A stretch of 64,000 nt of DNA from Acidobacteriota bacterium. Lineage in GTDB: Bacteria; Acidobacteriota; Thermoanaerobaculia; Gp7-AA8. The DNA lies in assembly GCA_019244185.1 (NCBI GenBank), contig JAFATB010000006.1, positions 384,001 through 448,000 of the forward strand, written 5' to 3'. Below, one piece after another: positions 28,904 through 38,287 of this stretch; within the stretch, counting starts at the first letter, position 1, and each line of letters begins with the position of its first letter. Made by a program: the position numbers and the translations under genes. Below the pieces are notes generated by a model. That model ran no database searches. It worked only from the letters and a program-made list of their open reading frames with translations, and had not been told where the DNA came from.

Positions 28904-30169
28904 TCAGTGATGCACGGCACGCCGCCGCGGATAGCGCGCGCGATCCGCCTGCACGGCTGCGAGCGCCGCGGCGGCGTCGATGCGCGGAAAGACGCGGTTC
29001 GTGCGATGGTCAGGTACTGGACGACCTGTTTCCTTCAACACGTCTTCGAGCGCGTCGGCGTCGAGGCCACCTGACGCTTCGAGCAGCAGCGCGATCGTGC
29101 CGGCGACGTGCGGCGCGGCCATCGACGTGCCGTAGTACGTCACCTCACCGCCGCCGCGGCGCGAGGCGGTGATCGGCGCGCCGGGCGCGACGAGATCGAC
29201 GGCGTCGGTTGCGTTCGAGAAGCAGGTGACGTCGTCGACGCGCGCGTTCGCGTCGGTGCAGTTGAACGGCGTCGGGTAGTTGCCGTCGTGATCCCACGTC
29301 GCGCCGATGCCGAGAACGTCCGTCATGCACGCGGGCATCGTGACGCCGGAGGTCGAGCCTTCGTTGCCGGACGACGCGGTGATCAGCACGCCCCGCTTGC
29401 GAAGGCGCGCGACGACCGGTGCCAGCGCGAGCGCGAGCGCGTCGGCGTTGCATTCGCTGGTCGCGAAGAGCCGGCTCGTGCCGAGGGAGAGGTTGATGAC
29501 ACGGACGTCGGGACGCGTGTCGGCGATCCAGGAAAGCGCGCGATAGACCTGGCCGAACGACGCGAAGCGCGCGTCGCGGTCGAGCGCGCGCACGGCGACG
29601 ATGTGCGCGTGCGGCGCGACGCCCGCGGGCGCGGACGCGCCGCCGCCCGCGAGGATGCCGGCGACGTTGGTGCCGTGTCCGTTGTCATCGCGCGCGGCGC
29701 CGGGACCGCTTTGCTCGGTCGCGCCATTCGGACAGCAGCCGGTGCCGAGGTTGTCGCAGAAGCACTGCTCCGCGACGATGCGATCGGCAAAGTCGGGGTT
29801 CGTGAGGTCGATCCCGCTGTCGACGATGGCCACGGTGATCCCGTCGCCTTCGAAGCCGAGGGCATGCACGCGATCGACGCCGATCAGCGGCAGCGACTCC
29901 CGCAGCGCCGCGTGTCCGCCGGTGTCGACGGAGACCGCGCGCACGCGCGGATCGCTGCGCAGGCGTTCGACGTCGGCATCATCGATCTCCGCCGAAAACG
30001 CGAGCGGCGACCAGTTGTCGAGCCGCGTCGCATCGTGGAGCGCCGAGACGACGGCGGAGGATTTCGTGCTCGACGAGCGCAGCGCGACGACAACCTGCAC
30101 GCGCGCGGCGTAGAGGGGCACCGCGAAGGCGAGGACGTACGCGAGTATGCAGGCGAGGCGGCGCAGCAC
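28904..30169 (-). CDS. S8 subtilisin-like serine peptidase, secreted
   Basis: VAIVDSG, GHGTNVAG, GTSMAAPHVAG triad; GTG start 6 nt after TATGCT. Confidence 0.9.
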   Translation of the reverse strand: MLRRLACILAYVLAFAVPLYAARVQVVVALRSSSTKSSAVVSALHDATRLDNWSPLAFSAEIDDADVERLRSDPRVRAVSVDTGGHAALRESLPLIGVDRVHALGFEGDGITVAIVDSGIDLTNPDFADRIVAEQCFCDNLGTGCCPNGATEQSGPGAARDDNGHGTNVAGILAGGGASAPAGVAPHAHIVAVRALDRDARFASFGQVYRALSWIADTRPDVRVINLSLGTSRLFATSECNADALALALAPVVARLRKRGVLITASSGNEGSTSGVTMPACMTDVLGIGATWDHDGNYPTPFNCTDANARVDDVTCFSNATDAVDLVAPGAPITASRRGGGEVTYYGTSMAAPHVAGTIALLLEASGGLDADALEDVLKETGRPVPDHRTNRVFPRIDAAAALAAVQADRARYPRRRAVHH

Positions 30170-30430
30170 GCGCGCAGCATAGCGCGCGGGGCGTGCTGCG
30201 CGGGCGCGGCACGGCGCGAGCTTCGACGCGACGCAAACAGGCGCTCGGTTCGCGGCGCGACTCTCAGCCAGCAGCGGCGCTGCCGACTGTCGCTGATCAG
30301 CGGCACGTTTACGCACGCGCGGCGACGCGCGAGCTTCGCCGTGTGGCCGCGATGCGCGCGCCTCCTGACGCTGCACGCTCGAACGCTGAAACAACGGAGA
30401 CAGCCGGCGGCCGCTCCCAAGCGGCGCCCC

Positions 30431-30946
30431 TCACGCCGCGCGACACCGCTTCACCCTCGCCCACCGCCGCGAGCCGCTCTTCGCCGCCGGACTCACGCGC
30501 GTCAGCAGCGACGCGCACGCGTCCTGACACTGAAAGTACGTGAACTTGTCGAGGTCGGTCATGCCGCTGAGGGCGTAGTCGAGCGCGGTCTCGCCGTTGT
30601 GATCGGCCGCCGCGGGCTTCGCGCCGTGTCCGAGGAGCAGCGCCACGGTGGCGCGGTCGCCGTAGCCGGCGGCCATCATCAGCGGGGTCATGCCGCCGTC
30701 GCCGGCGCGGTTCGGGTCGGCGCCGGCGGCGAGGAGCGCGGCGGCGGCGGCGGGTTGCGACTTATGGACGGCGTGGAGGAGCGGCGTCCAGCCGTTCTCG
30801 CCGCTCGGCGCGTTCGGGTCGGCGCCGTGCGCGAGCAGCGCGCGCACGCGGGCGACGTCGCCGGCGCGGGCGGCGGTGACGAGCGGCGTGAACTCGGCGC
30901 GGCGCACCGAGCATGCGAGCAGGAGCAGCGCGAAGAGGAATCGCAT
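30431..30946 (-). CDS. Ankyrin repeat lipoprotein
   Basis: GWTPLLHA, GMTPLMMA, GETALDYA; lipobox LLAC. Confidence 0.85.
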   Translation of the reverse strand: MRFLFALLLLACSVRRAEFTPLVTAARAGDVARVRALLAHGADPNAPSGENGWTPLLHAVHKSQPAAAAALLAAGADPNRAGDGGMTPLMMAAGYGDRATVALLLGHGAKPAAADHNGETALDYALSGMTDLDKFTYFQCQDACASLLTRVSPAAKSGSRRWARVKRCRAA

Positions 30947-30977
30947 GCCGCCAATCTGCGTCGCCCGCAAAACGATG

Positions 30978-31484
30978 TCAAGTACTTTTTGTTAAAAAGT
31001 ACAAGCCGCCCCACACTTTCAGATCAATCAGCACGCCGTCGTCCGCCTTCTTCGCCAGCCACGACTCGAGCTCGTCGCGTGGAATTTCGTGCACGGTGAT
31101 GTCCTCGCCGCCCACGCCCCCGCCCTCCCCGTTCTTCCGCGCGTTCTTCGCGCGGTAGAAGCTGACCAGCTCCGACACGATGCCGGGCGAGCTGGGACCC
31201 TTCGCCAGAAACTCGACCGACTCGCACGTGTAGCCGGTCTCCTCTTCCAGCTCCTTCTTCGCCGTCTTCGCGGGATCCTTCGTCCCCTCGTCGCCGACGA
31301 GGCCCGCGGGCCAGTCGATGACGCGCGCATCGACCGGCTTGCGCTCCTGCTCGGTGAGAATCACGCGGCCGTCGACTTCGGCGATGACGGCGACGGCTTC
31401 GGTGGCGGAGGTACGCTCGACGAACTGCCAGTCGTCGCGCTCGAGCACGCGCAGACGCTTCGATTCGAACAATGTTTTCTTCAT
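30978..31484 (-). CDS. NUDIX hydrolase (ADP-ribose pyrophosphatase-like)
   Basis: PAGLVGDE...AKKELEEETG Nudix box, SPG. Confidence 0.92.
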   Translation of the reverse strand: MKKTLFESKRLRVLERDDWQFVERTSATEAVAVIAEVDGRVILTEQERKPVDARVIDWPAGLVGDEGTKDPAKTAKKELEEETGYTCESVEFLAKGPSSPGIVSELVSFYRAKNARKNGEGGGVGGEDITVHEIPRDELESWLAKKADDGVLIDLKVWGGLYFLTKST

Positions 31485-31485
31485 G

Positions 31486-32517
31486 TCAGAAGAGCGAGCC
31501 TTGCAAAGTTCGTCGCCGGAAGTGCTCGGTCGACAACGCGCGGTCCTCTTCGTTGAGCCCGAGCCTGCGGCAGGTGACGTCGAACAGCGCCTCGATCTGG
31601 TCGGCGAAGATGCCGGTGCCGCGGCCGCGCACGCCCCACTGCGCGTCGTAGAGCTTGCCGCCGCGCAGATCGCGCACGCGGTTCAGCACCTTGTCCTTGC
31701 GATCGGGGTAGTGCTCCTCGAGCCAGCGCTCGAAGAGCGGCGCGACGGCCCACGGCAACCGCAACACGACGAAGCCCGCCCAGCGCGCGCCCGCTTTCTT
31801 CGCCGCGGTGAGAATCGCCGGCAGCTCGTGATCGGTGATGCCGGGGACGACCGGCGCGGCCATGACGCCGACCGGCACGCCCGCGTTCGCGAGCGTTTCG
31901 ATCGCCTCGAGGCGCAGCGCGGGCGTCGACGTGCGCGGCTCCATGATCCGCGCGAGGTTCGGGTCGAGCGTGGTGACGCTGACGAACACGCGCGCGGCGT
32001 TGAAGCGGGCCAGCTCCGCGAGCACGTCCGCATCGCGCGTCACGAGATGGTTCTTGGTGATGATGCCGACCGGATTGCGAAAGTCGGCGAGCACCTGCAA
32101 ACAGCCGCGCGTGAGTCCCAGGCGCCGCTCGATCGGCTGGTAGGGATCGGTGACGCCGCTGATGGCGATCGTCTTCGGCACCCACGACTTCGCGTTGAGC
32201 TCCTCGGCCAGCAGCTGCGGCGCATCTTCTTTGACGAGGATCTTCGTCTCGAAGTCGAGACCGGCGGAGAAGCCGAGGTACTCGTGGGTCGGGCGTGCGA
32301 AACAGTAGATGCAGCCGTGCTCGCAGCCGCGATAAGGATTCACGCTCGCGTCGAAGCCGACGTCGGGGCTGTCGTTCGTGGCGATGATGGTGCGCGTCGG
32401 ATCGCGCAGGTACATCGTGTTGGGCGAGGTCTCGTCCGGCGGCGCATCCTCGTCGCGCTCGTAGGCGAGCGACTCGAAGCGGTTCTGCGGGTTCCAGCTC
32501 GCGCCGCGGCCCTTCAC
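31486..32517 (-). CDS. PA0069/Rv2578c family radical SAM protein
   Basis: NPYRGCEHGCIYCFAR, TDPYQP; GTG start overlaps the upstream stop. Confidence 0.92.
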   Translation of the reverse strand: MKGRGASWNPQNRFESLAYERDEDAPPDETSPNTMYLRDPTRTIIATNDSPDVGFDASVNPYRGCEHGCIYCFARPTHEYLGFSAGLDFETKILVKEDAPQLLAEELNAKSWVPKTIAISGVTDPYQPIERRLGLTRGCLQVLADFRNPVGIITKNHLVTRDADVLAELARFNAARVFVSVTTLDPNLARIMEPRTSTPALRLEAIETLANAGVPVGVMAAPVVPGITDHELPAILTAAKKAGARWAGFVVLRLPWAVAPLFERWLEEHYPDRKDKVLNRVRDLRGGKLYDAQWGVRGRGTGIFADQIEALFDVTCRRLGLNEEDRALSTEHFRRRTLQGSLF

Positions 32518-33500
32518 GCGACCTCCAGGACGGCGGTGCCGGTCAACTCTCCACTGCGTAGAGCGCGCAGCGCGTCGTTGGCGCGTTCCAGCGGATACGC
32601 GGTGCGCTGCGTTTCGATGCGCAGCGAGGCGAGGCGCGCGAAGAATGCGAGACCGTCGGCGCGCGTGAGATTCGCGACGGAGCGGAGGACGCGCTCGCCC
32701 CAGAGGAGGGAGTACGGGAAGGATGGAAGGTCGGTCATGTGGATGCCCGCACAGACGACGGTGCCGCCCTTGCGGAGTTGCGTCAGCGCGGTCACGACGA
32801 GCTCGCCGGCCGGCGCGAAGACGATCGCAGCGTCCAACTCGAAGGGGCGCTCGCTTGTTCCTCCGGACGTTGCTTTGCGGGCCGTCGTTCCTCCGGCCCA
32901 GACTGCCCCCATCCTCCGCGCAAACTCCTGCGCCGCGAGGTCGCCGTCGCGCGTGAACGCGTACACCTCCGCGCCGTCGGCGCGCGCGACCTGCGCGAGG
33001 ATCTGCGCGGCCGAGCCGAAGCCGTAGAAGCCGATGCACTTCGCGCCGGCGATCATGCGATACGCGCGATATCCGATGAGCCCCGCGCACAGCAGCGGCG
33101 CGGCCTCGGCGGGCGTGTAGTCCTCGGGGATCGCGAAGCAGTAGCGCGCGTCGGCGGCGACGTACTCCGCGTAACCGCCGTCGCGCGTGTAGCCGGTGAA
33201 GCGCGCGCGGTCGCAGAGGTTCTCCTCGCCGGCGACGCAGAAGCGGCAAACGCCGCACGTCCAGCCGAGCCACGGCACGCCGAGGCGGCGGCCGGTGGCG
33301 ACGTCGACGCCGACGATCTGATGGCCGGGGATGAGCGGCAGCTTTGGCTCGGCGAGCTCGCCGTCGACGAGATGGAGATCGGTGCGGCAGACGGCGCAGC
33401 ATTCGACGCGCAGCAGCACCTCGCCCTCGCGCGCCTCCGGCATCGCGACGTCGGCCGCTTCCAACAGACTTCCCGGTTGCCGCAGGAGCATCGCGCGCAT
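32514..33500 (-). CDS. Zinc-dependent alcohol dehydrogenase family protein
   Basis: CRTDLH, PGHQIVG, CGVCRFC...ENLC, LLCAGLIG. Confidence 0.93.
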   Translation of the reverse strand: MRAMLLRQPGSLLEAADVAMPEAREGEVLLRVECCAVCRTDLHLVDGELAEPKLPLIPGHQIVGVDVATGRRLGVPWLGWTCGVCRFCVAGEENLCDRARFTGYTRDGGYAEYVAADARYCFAIPEDYTPAEAAPLLCAGLIGYRAYRMIAGAKCIGFYGFGSAAQILAQVARADGAEVYAFTRDGDLAAQEFARRMGAVWAGGTTARKATSGGTSERPFELDAAIVFAPAGELVVTALTQLRKGGTVVCAGIHMTDLPSFPYSLLWGERVLRSVANLTRADGLAFFARLASLRIETQRTAYPLERANDALRALRSGELTGTAVLEVA

Positions 33501-34720
33501 CAGAGCTCGCGCAATTTTCGCAGGCGGGGCGCCCTCCAGGCCGTCATTGCTACAACGAGTAGAGTCATCGATCCGCCAAAAAGCACGGACGGAACGACGC
33601 CCAGCAGTCTTGCCGCCACGCCGGATTCGAACGCGCCGATCTCGTTCGACGAGCCGATGAAGATCTGGTTGACCGCCGACACGCGGCCGAGGAGATGCTC
33701 GGGCGTGCGCGTCTGCAGGAGCGTCGAGCGGATCACGACGCTCACGTTGTCGAAGACGCCGCTCACGAAGAGCAGACCGAACGACAGCCACGCGTTGCGC
33801 GAGAGCGCGAAGCCGATCATGCAGACGCCGAACGCGGCGACGCTGACGAACAGCGCCAAACCGGCCCGGCGCATCGGCGGGCGGTGCGCGATCCAGAGCC
33901 CGGTGAGGATCGAGCCGACGGCCGGCGCGGCGCGGAGAATGCCGAGACCTTGCGGACCGATGGCGAGCAGCGTCGCGAACGCGGGCAGGAGCGCGGTCGC
34001 GCCGCCGAAGAGCACCGCGAAGAGATCGAGCGTCATCGCCGCGAGCAGCATCGGCTCGCCCCACAGAAAGCGGATGCCGACGGTGAGGCTCTCGCCGAGC
34101 GGCTCGCGCTCGACCGCGGCGGGACGCACGCGATGTTCGATCGACGCGATGATGGCCACGGTCAACGCCATCGCCACGACCACGCAGCCGTAGCCGAGCG
34201 CCGGTCCCGAGAAACCGTAGAGCAGACCGCCCACCGCGGGGCCGATCACCGCCGCGAGCTGCCACGACGATGAACGCCACGCCACGGAGTTCGCGTACAG
34301 CTCGCGCGGCACGACCTCGGCGGACAACGCGACCGTCGCCGGCCGCATGAAACTGCGCGCGGTCGCGCTGAGCGCGATCACGACGTACACCGGCCAGACG
34401 CGATGCGCGTGGATCGCGCCCGGCGTGACCGTCAGCAGCAGCAGCGCGATGCCGGACAGCAGCAGGCCGAACGCGCTCGTCAGCGCCACCGTGCGCCGCA
34501 CCGCGCGATCGGCAATGTGACCGGCGTACAGCGCGACGGCGATGTACGGCAGCGCCTCCGCGAGTCCGATGAGGCCCAGCGTCAGCGGATCGCGCGTGAG
34601 CGCGAAGATCTGCCAGCCGACGACGACGATCTGCGCTTCGCGCGCGATGGTGATCGAGCCGTAGGCGAGCAGGATCCTGCGGAAGTCGCGGATTCGCAGC
34701 GACGCGTAGGGAGACGGCAC
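33500..34720 (-). CDS. MFS transporter (EntS/DHA3-like)
   Basis: AGHIADR, DLFAVLFGG, LGRVSAVN..FIGSSNEIG; multiple TM segments. Confidence 0.9.
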   Translation of the reverse strand: MPSPYASLRIRDFRRILLAYGSITIAREAQIVVVGWQIFALTRDPLTLGLIGLAEALPYIAVALYAGHIADRAVRRTVALTSAFGLLLSGIALLLLTVTPGAIHAHRVWPVYVVIALSATARSFMRPATVALSAEVVPRELYANSVAWRSSSWQLAAVIGPAVGGLLYGFSGPALGYGCVVVAMALTVAIIASIEHRVRPAAVEREPLGESLTVGIRFLWGEPMLLAAMTLDLFAVLFGGATALLPAFATLLAIGPQGLGILRAAPAVGSILTGLWIAHRPPMRRAGLALFVSVAAFGVCMIGFALSRNAWLSFGLLFVSGVFDNVSVVIRSTLLQTRTPEHLLGRVSAVNQIFIGSSNEIGAFESGVAARLLGVVPSVLFGGSMTLLVVAMTAWRAPRLRKLREL

Positions 34721-34783
34721 GGCGCGGGAGTTTACGCGAGGTCGACAAACCGCATCCGGCATTGGTGCTACGCTTCTGCTCGA

Positions 34784-35401
34784 TTGCTTCGTGAAACGAA
34801 GTCCGAGAAGAGCCGCAGGGCGGTCCTCGACGCGGGGCTGGAGCTGTTCTCGAGCAACGGGTTTCGGGCGACGACGGTGCGGGAGATCGCCGACGGCGCG
34901 GGCGTCTCGACCGGCAACGTCTACCATCACTTTCCGGACAAGGAAGCGATCTTCCGCGCGCTCATCGACGAGTATCTCGACCTGACGAGCACGCACCGCT
35001 TTCCGTTCACGCGCGCGCTGCACGAGACCACGCACTTCCCCGACAACATCGAGGAGCTCGGCTACGCGGCGCGCGAGTCGATCCGCAAGTTCCGGCCATA
35101 TCTCGCGCTGATTTACGTCGACGTCATCGAGTTCGGCGGCACGCACATCCAGCGCTTCTACGGCGAGATGGCGGCGCGCTTCACGAAGTTCTTCGAAGAG
35201 CGCGCGGACCTCGGCGAGATCAAGGCGCGCCTGCGTCCGAACGTCTCGCCGACCGACGCGCTGCTCCTCACCGCGCGGCTCTTCTTCAACTACTTCTCCC
35301 TCGAGATTCTCTTCGGCGTGGCCGAGCCGTTCGGCAAAGATCCCGCGGCGGTCGTCGAGCAGATCGCCGACATTCTGCGCAACGGGATCTGCGCGCGATG
35401 A
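34784..35401 (+). CDS. TetR/AcrR family regulator
   Basis: LDAGLELF...TTVREIA..AGVSTGNVYHHF; start codon uncertain. Confidence 0.9.
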   Translation: MLRETKSEKSRRAVLDAGLELFSSNGFRATTVREIADGAGVSTGNVYHHFPDKEAIFRALIDEYLDLTSTHRFPFTRALHETTHFPDNIEELGYAARESIRKFRPYLALIYVDVIEFGGTHIQRFYGEMAARFTKFFEERADLGEIKARLRPNVSPTDALLLTARLFFNYFSLEILFGVAEPFGKDPAAVVEQIADILRNGICAR

Positions 35402-36141
35402 GCTGGTCGCCCGAGCAATACGAACGATTCAAGGGCGAGCGCAAGCAACCGTTCGTCGATCTGGCCGCGCTCGTCGAGCGGCGTCCGCACATGCACGTCG
35501 TCGACCTCGGCTGCGGCACGGGCGAGCTGACGCGCGAGCTGCACGAATCGCTCGGCGCGGACGAAACCGTCGGCATCGACAACTCGGAGACGATGCTCCT
35601 CAAGGCGCGCGCGTTCGGCGACGAGCTGCTGCGCTTCGAGCGCGGCGACATCGAGGCGTTCGTCAGCGACCGGCCGTTCGATCTCATCTTCTCGAACGCC
35701 GCGCTGCATTGGGTGCCCGATCACGAGCAGCTGCTCGCGCGCCTCACGAGCCTCCTCGCGCCCGGCGGACAGCTCGCGATCCAGATGCCGGACAACGACG
35801 AGCACACCTCGCATCGCGTGGCCGCGGATGTCGCGGCGCGTTTCGGCGCGGCGCCGCGTCCCAACTACGTGCTCCCGCCCGCGCGCTACGCGGAGCTGCT
35901 GCATCGCCTCGGCTTCCAGCGGCAGCACGTGCGCGTGCAGATCTACGGGCATCTCCTGCCGGCATCGAGCGACGTCGTCGAGTGGGTGCGCGGCGCGCTG
36001 CTGACGCATTACGAGGCGGAGCTCGGCGCGCGCTTCGACGACTTTCTCGCGACGTATCGCGAGGAGCTGCAGCGCGCGCTCGGCGAACAGCGGCCGTACT
36101 TTTACACGTACAAGCGCGTGCTGTTCTGGGGCTCGTTCTAA
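35398..36141 (+). CDS. tam: Trans-aconitate 2-methyltransferase-like SAM methyltransferase
   Basis: MSW.P.QY..F..ER..PF.DL, DLGCGTG, SNAALHWV, QMPDN. Confidence 0.85.
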   Translation: MSWSPEQYERFKGERKQPFVDLAALVERRPHMHVVDLGCGTGELTRELHESLGADETVGIDNSETMLLKARAFGDELLRFERGDIEAFVSDRPFDLIFSNAALHWVPDHEQLLARLTSLLAPGGQLAIQMPDNDEHTSHRVAADVAARFGAAPRPNYVLPPARYAELLHRLGFQRQHVRVQIYGHLLPASSDVVEWVRGALLTHYEAELGARFDDFLATYREELQRALGEQRPYFYTYKRVLFWGSF

Positions 36142-36145
36142 GAAA

Positions 36146-36622
36146 TCACTCCTCGGCGAGGATGGCGTGCACGCCGAGCATCAGCGTCGCCGACGCGAGC
36201 ACGAACACGAGCGCGAGCACCGACAGCGACAGCGTCTGCGCGCGCGCGGCCGTCTCCAGCATGCCCGCGGGCGTGAAGCCGCGGATCCACCGCTCGACCG
36301 CCTCCCATTTCGCCATCAGCAGCCCGGCCCAGCCCGCGGCGACGAGGAGGTACGCGAGCATCTGCACGGCGTTGAGCGGGCGCGAGACGCGCGCGACGTC
36401 GGCGGGCGTGCGGATGAGCTGCGCCTTCAACCACACCAGTTGCGGATCGGGAAGGATGTGCTCGCGGTCGCTGATGCGCGCGAAGCGCTCCATCCACGGC
36501 GCGACCGACATCGCGGCGACGCAGTCGTCGCAGCCGGAGAGATGCTCGCGCAGCGCGTCCGTCCAGCGGTCGGCGGCGGCGGCGCGCAGCACCTCGCGTT
36601 CGTAGCGGCAACGCTCGCTCAT
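36146..36622 (-). CDS. Putative zinc-binding anti-sigma factor, membrane anchored
   Basis: HLSGCDDC (HxxxCxxC) motif, two TM segments, directly after the ECF sigma gene. Confidence 0.8.
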   Translation of the reverse strand: MSERCRYEREVLRAAAADRWTDALREHLSGCDDCVAAMSVAPWMERFARISDREHILPDPQLVWLKAQLIRTPADVARVSRPLNAVQMLAYLLVAAGWAGLLMAKWEAVERWIRGFTPAGMLETAARAQTLSLSVLALVFVLASATLMLGVHAILAEE

Positions 36623-37203
36623 CGTGTCTTCTCCGGCCCGAGGCCTTTGCGCGTCAGGAGATCGCCGAGGCGTTTGCGCGCGCGGAAGAGCAGCACCTTC
36701 ACGCTCTTCGCCTTGACGCCGAGGGCTTCCGAGATCGTCTCGTGGTCGGCTTCTTCGACGTGCGCGAGCCAGAGCAGCGCGCGCTCGCGCGGCTTGAGCT
36801 CGGCGAACGTCTTCATCATGTCGTGACGCAGCAGCTCGCGCGACTCGGTGCTCGCGTCGGCGCGCGGCGCCGGCTCCGCGTGCGCGCGGTCGCGCTTCGT
36901 CTCGCGGAAATGATCGAACGCGAGATTCGTCGCGGTGCGGAAGAGCCAGCGCCGCTGATGCTCCTCGCTCGTGAGCACGGGGTTCGCGCGGAGGAAGCGG
37001 AAGAACGCCTTCTGTAGCAGATCGTCCGACGCCGCGACGTCGCCGGTGAGCCGGTAGAGATAGGACCAGAGTCCGCCCGCGTTGCGGCGGTAGAACATCT
37101 CGAACCGGGCCTCGTCCATCGGCTTCGGCGCTCCCGTGCGGGAAGCGTCCGGGTCACCGGCGGCGACCAGCGTCGGCAGCGTCATGAGAGCTTCGGCCAC
37201 CAT
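36619..37203 (-). CDS. ECF RNA polymerase sigma factor
   Basis: DDLLQKAF, WLFRTATN, ISEALGV....VKVLLFRAR; start may be 37185. Confidence 0.9.
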   Translation of the reverse strand: MVAEALMTLPTLVAAGDPDASRTGAPKPMDEARFEMFYRRNAGGLWSYLYRLTGDVAASDDLLQKAFFRFLRANPVLTSEEHQRRWLFRTATNLAFDHFRETKRDRAHAEPAPRADASTESRELLRHDMMKTFAELKPRERALLWLAHVEEADHETISEALGVKAKSVKVLLFRARKRLGDLLTRKGLGPEKTR

Positions 37204-37207
37204 GACA

Positions 37208-37654
37208 TCACAGACGCGTGAGCTCGCCCTCGGGTTGCGCGTTCGACGTCATCTTCAGCGAAAGGAGCCCGGCCAGCAGATACCCGATGCCGAGCGAGAT
37301 GACGATCACCGCCGCGATCGTGAAGTCGTGGTCGACCGTGAACGCGAGCACCGCGAAGCCAACGCCGAGCGCCGTCAGGATGATCGCGCGGCGGAACCCG
37401 CCCACGATGCGGTCGCGCGCGAGCACGGACGGCCCGCTCTGCACGCCACTGACGAACTGCCGGCCCGACTCCGACTGCAGGAACTGGATGAGATCGGGCG
37501 CGGAGCCGAAGCGATCGATGAGCTTCGCCTGCATCTCCGCCTGCAACTCGAGGCGCCGCTGACGGCTGCGGCTGGTGAAGTAAACGATCAGCACCGCCCC
37601 GGCGAACGACGCCAGGATGCCGGTGATGGGAATCATGAGGGTTGCAGCGTCCAT
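37208..37654 (-). CDS. Membrane protein upstream of the ECF sigma gene (DUF6249-like)
   Basis: SD GAGGAG, three TM segments, KLIDRF motif. Confidence 0.7.
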   Translation of the reverse strand: MDAATLMIPITGILASFAGAVLIVYFTSRSRQRRLELQAEMQAKLIDRFGSAPDLIQFLQSESGRQFVSGVQSGPSVLARDRIVGGFRRAIILTALGVGFAVLAFTVDHDFTIAAVIVISLGIGYLLAGLLSLKMTSNAQPEGELTRL

Positions 37655-37672
37655 GGTTTCTCCTCGCACGCA

Positions 37673-37700
37673 ACTACGGAGAAGCGCGCCTCCGGGTTAA
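37673..37700 (-). promoter_or_regulatory. Putative ECF-sigma autoregulatory promoter
   Basis: Minus strand TAACC...CGTAGT with AAC-N17-CGT spacing. Confidence 0.6.
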
Positions 37701-37751
37701 CAGCGTCTTGGTGAATGACGGCAAAACCGCTAGAATGCACGGCATCCCAGC

Positions 37752-38222
37752 ATGAGCATCGAAGTTCAGGACCTCCGCAAGGGGGCACGGTTCCTGGCGG
37801 TGGCCCCGCTCGCCGGCACGTTCAGCGCGTCGGAAGTGACGGTCATCAACATCAGCCTCGGCGGCGCGCAGCTGATGCACGCGCAGCCGCTGCGCATCGG
37901 CACGCGCGCGAAGCTGTGGTTCCAGGTCGGCGACGTCGTCTGCAGCACGCAGGCGCGCGTGCTCTGGAGCCATCTCTCTCAGCACGCGAACGAGAGCGGC
38001 AAGTTCGTGTACACCTCGGGGCTGCAGGTCGACGCGCCCGAACCGTCGTACGCGGCGTCGATCAACGCGCTCTTCACGCGCGGCATGATCCGCAAGGACA
38101 CGAACTCGCTCGAGAGGAAGCGCGAGCGCCTGCTCGAGCGCGAACGCGAGCGAGCGCGCGCCACGATGCGGACGAACATCATCTCCGGCGGCCTGCCGAA
38201 AGACACGACGCCCGAAGGCTAG
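37752..38222 (+). CDS. PilZ domain protein
   Basis: RKGAR (RxxxR) and NISLGG motifs. Confidence 0.8.
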   Translation: MSIEVQDLRKGARFLAVAPLAGTFSASEVTVINISLGGAQLMHAQPLRIGTRAKLWFQVGDVVCSTQARVLWSHLSQHANESGKFVYTSGLQVDAPEPSYAASINALFTRGMIRKDTNSLERKRERLLERERERARATMRTNIISGGLPKDTTPEG

Positions 38223-38287
38223 CGTTCCGCGCTTCCCGATCCACGCCGCCGAAGCGCTGTTCGTGTACACTCCTCCTTATCGGAGGA

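Noticed and set aside
30200-30430. Gap between subtilase and ankyrin genes with GCGCGAGCTTCG twice and weak inverted symmetry
   Set aside because: Short GC-rich matches are expected by chance; no convincing ORF or fold
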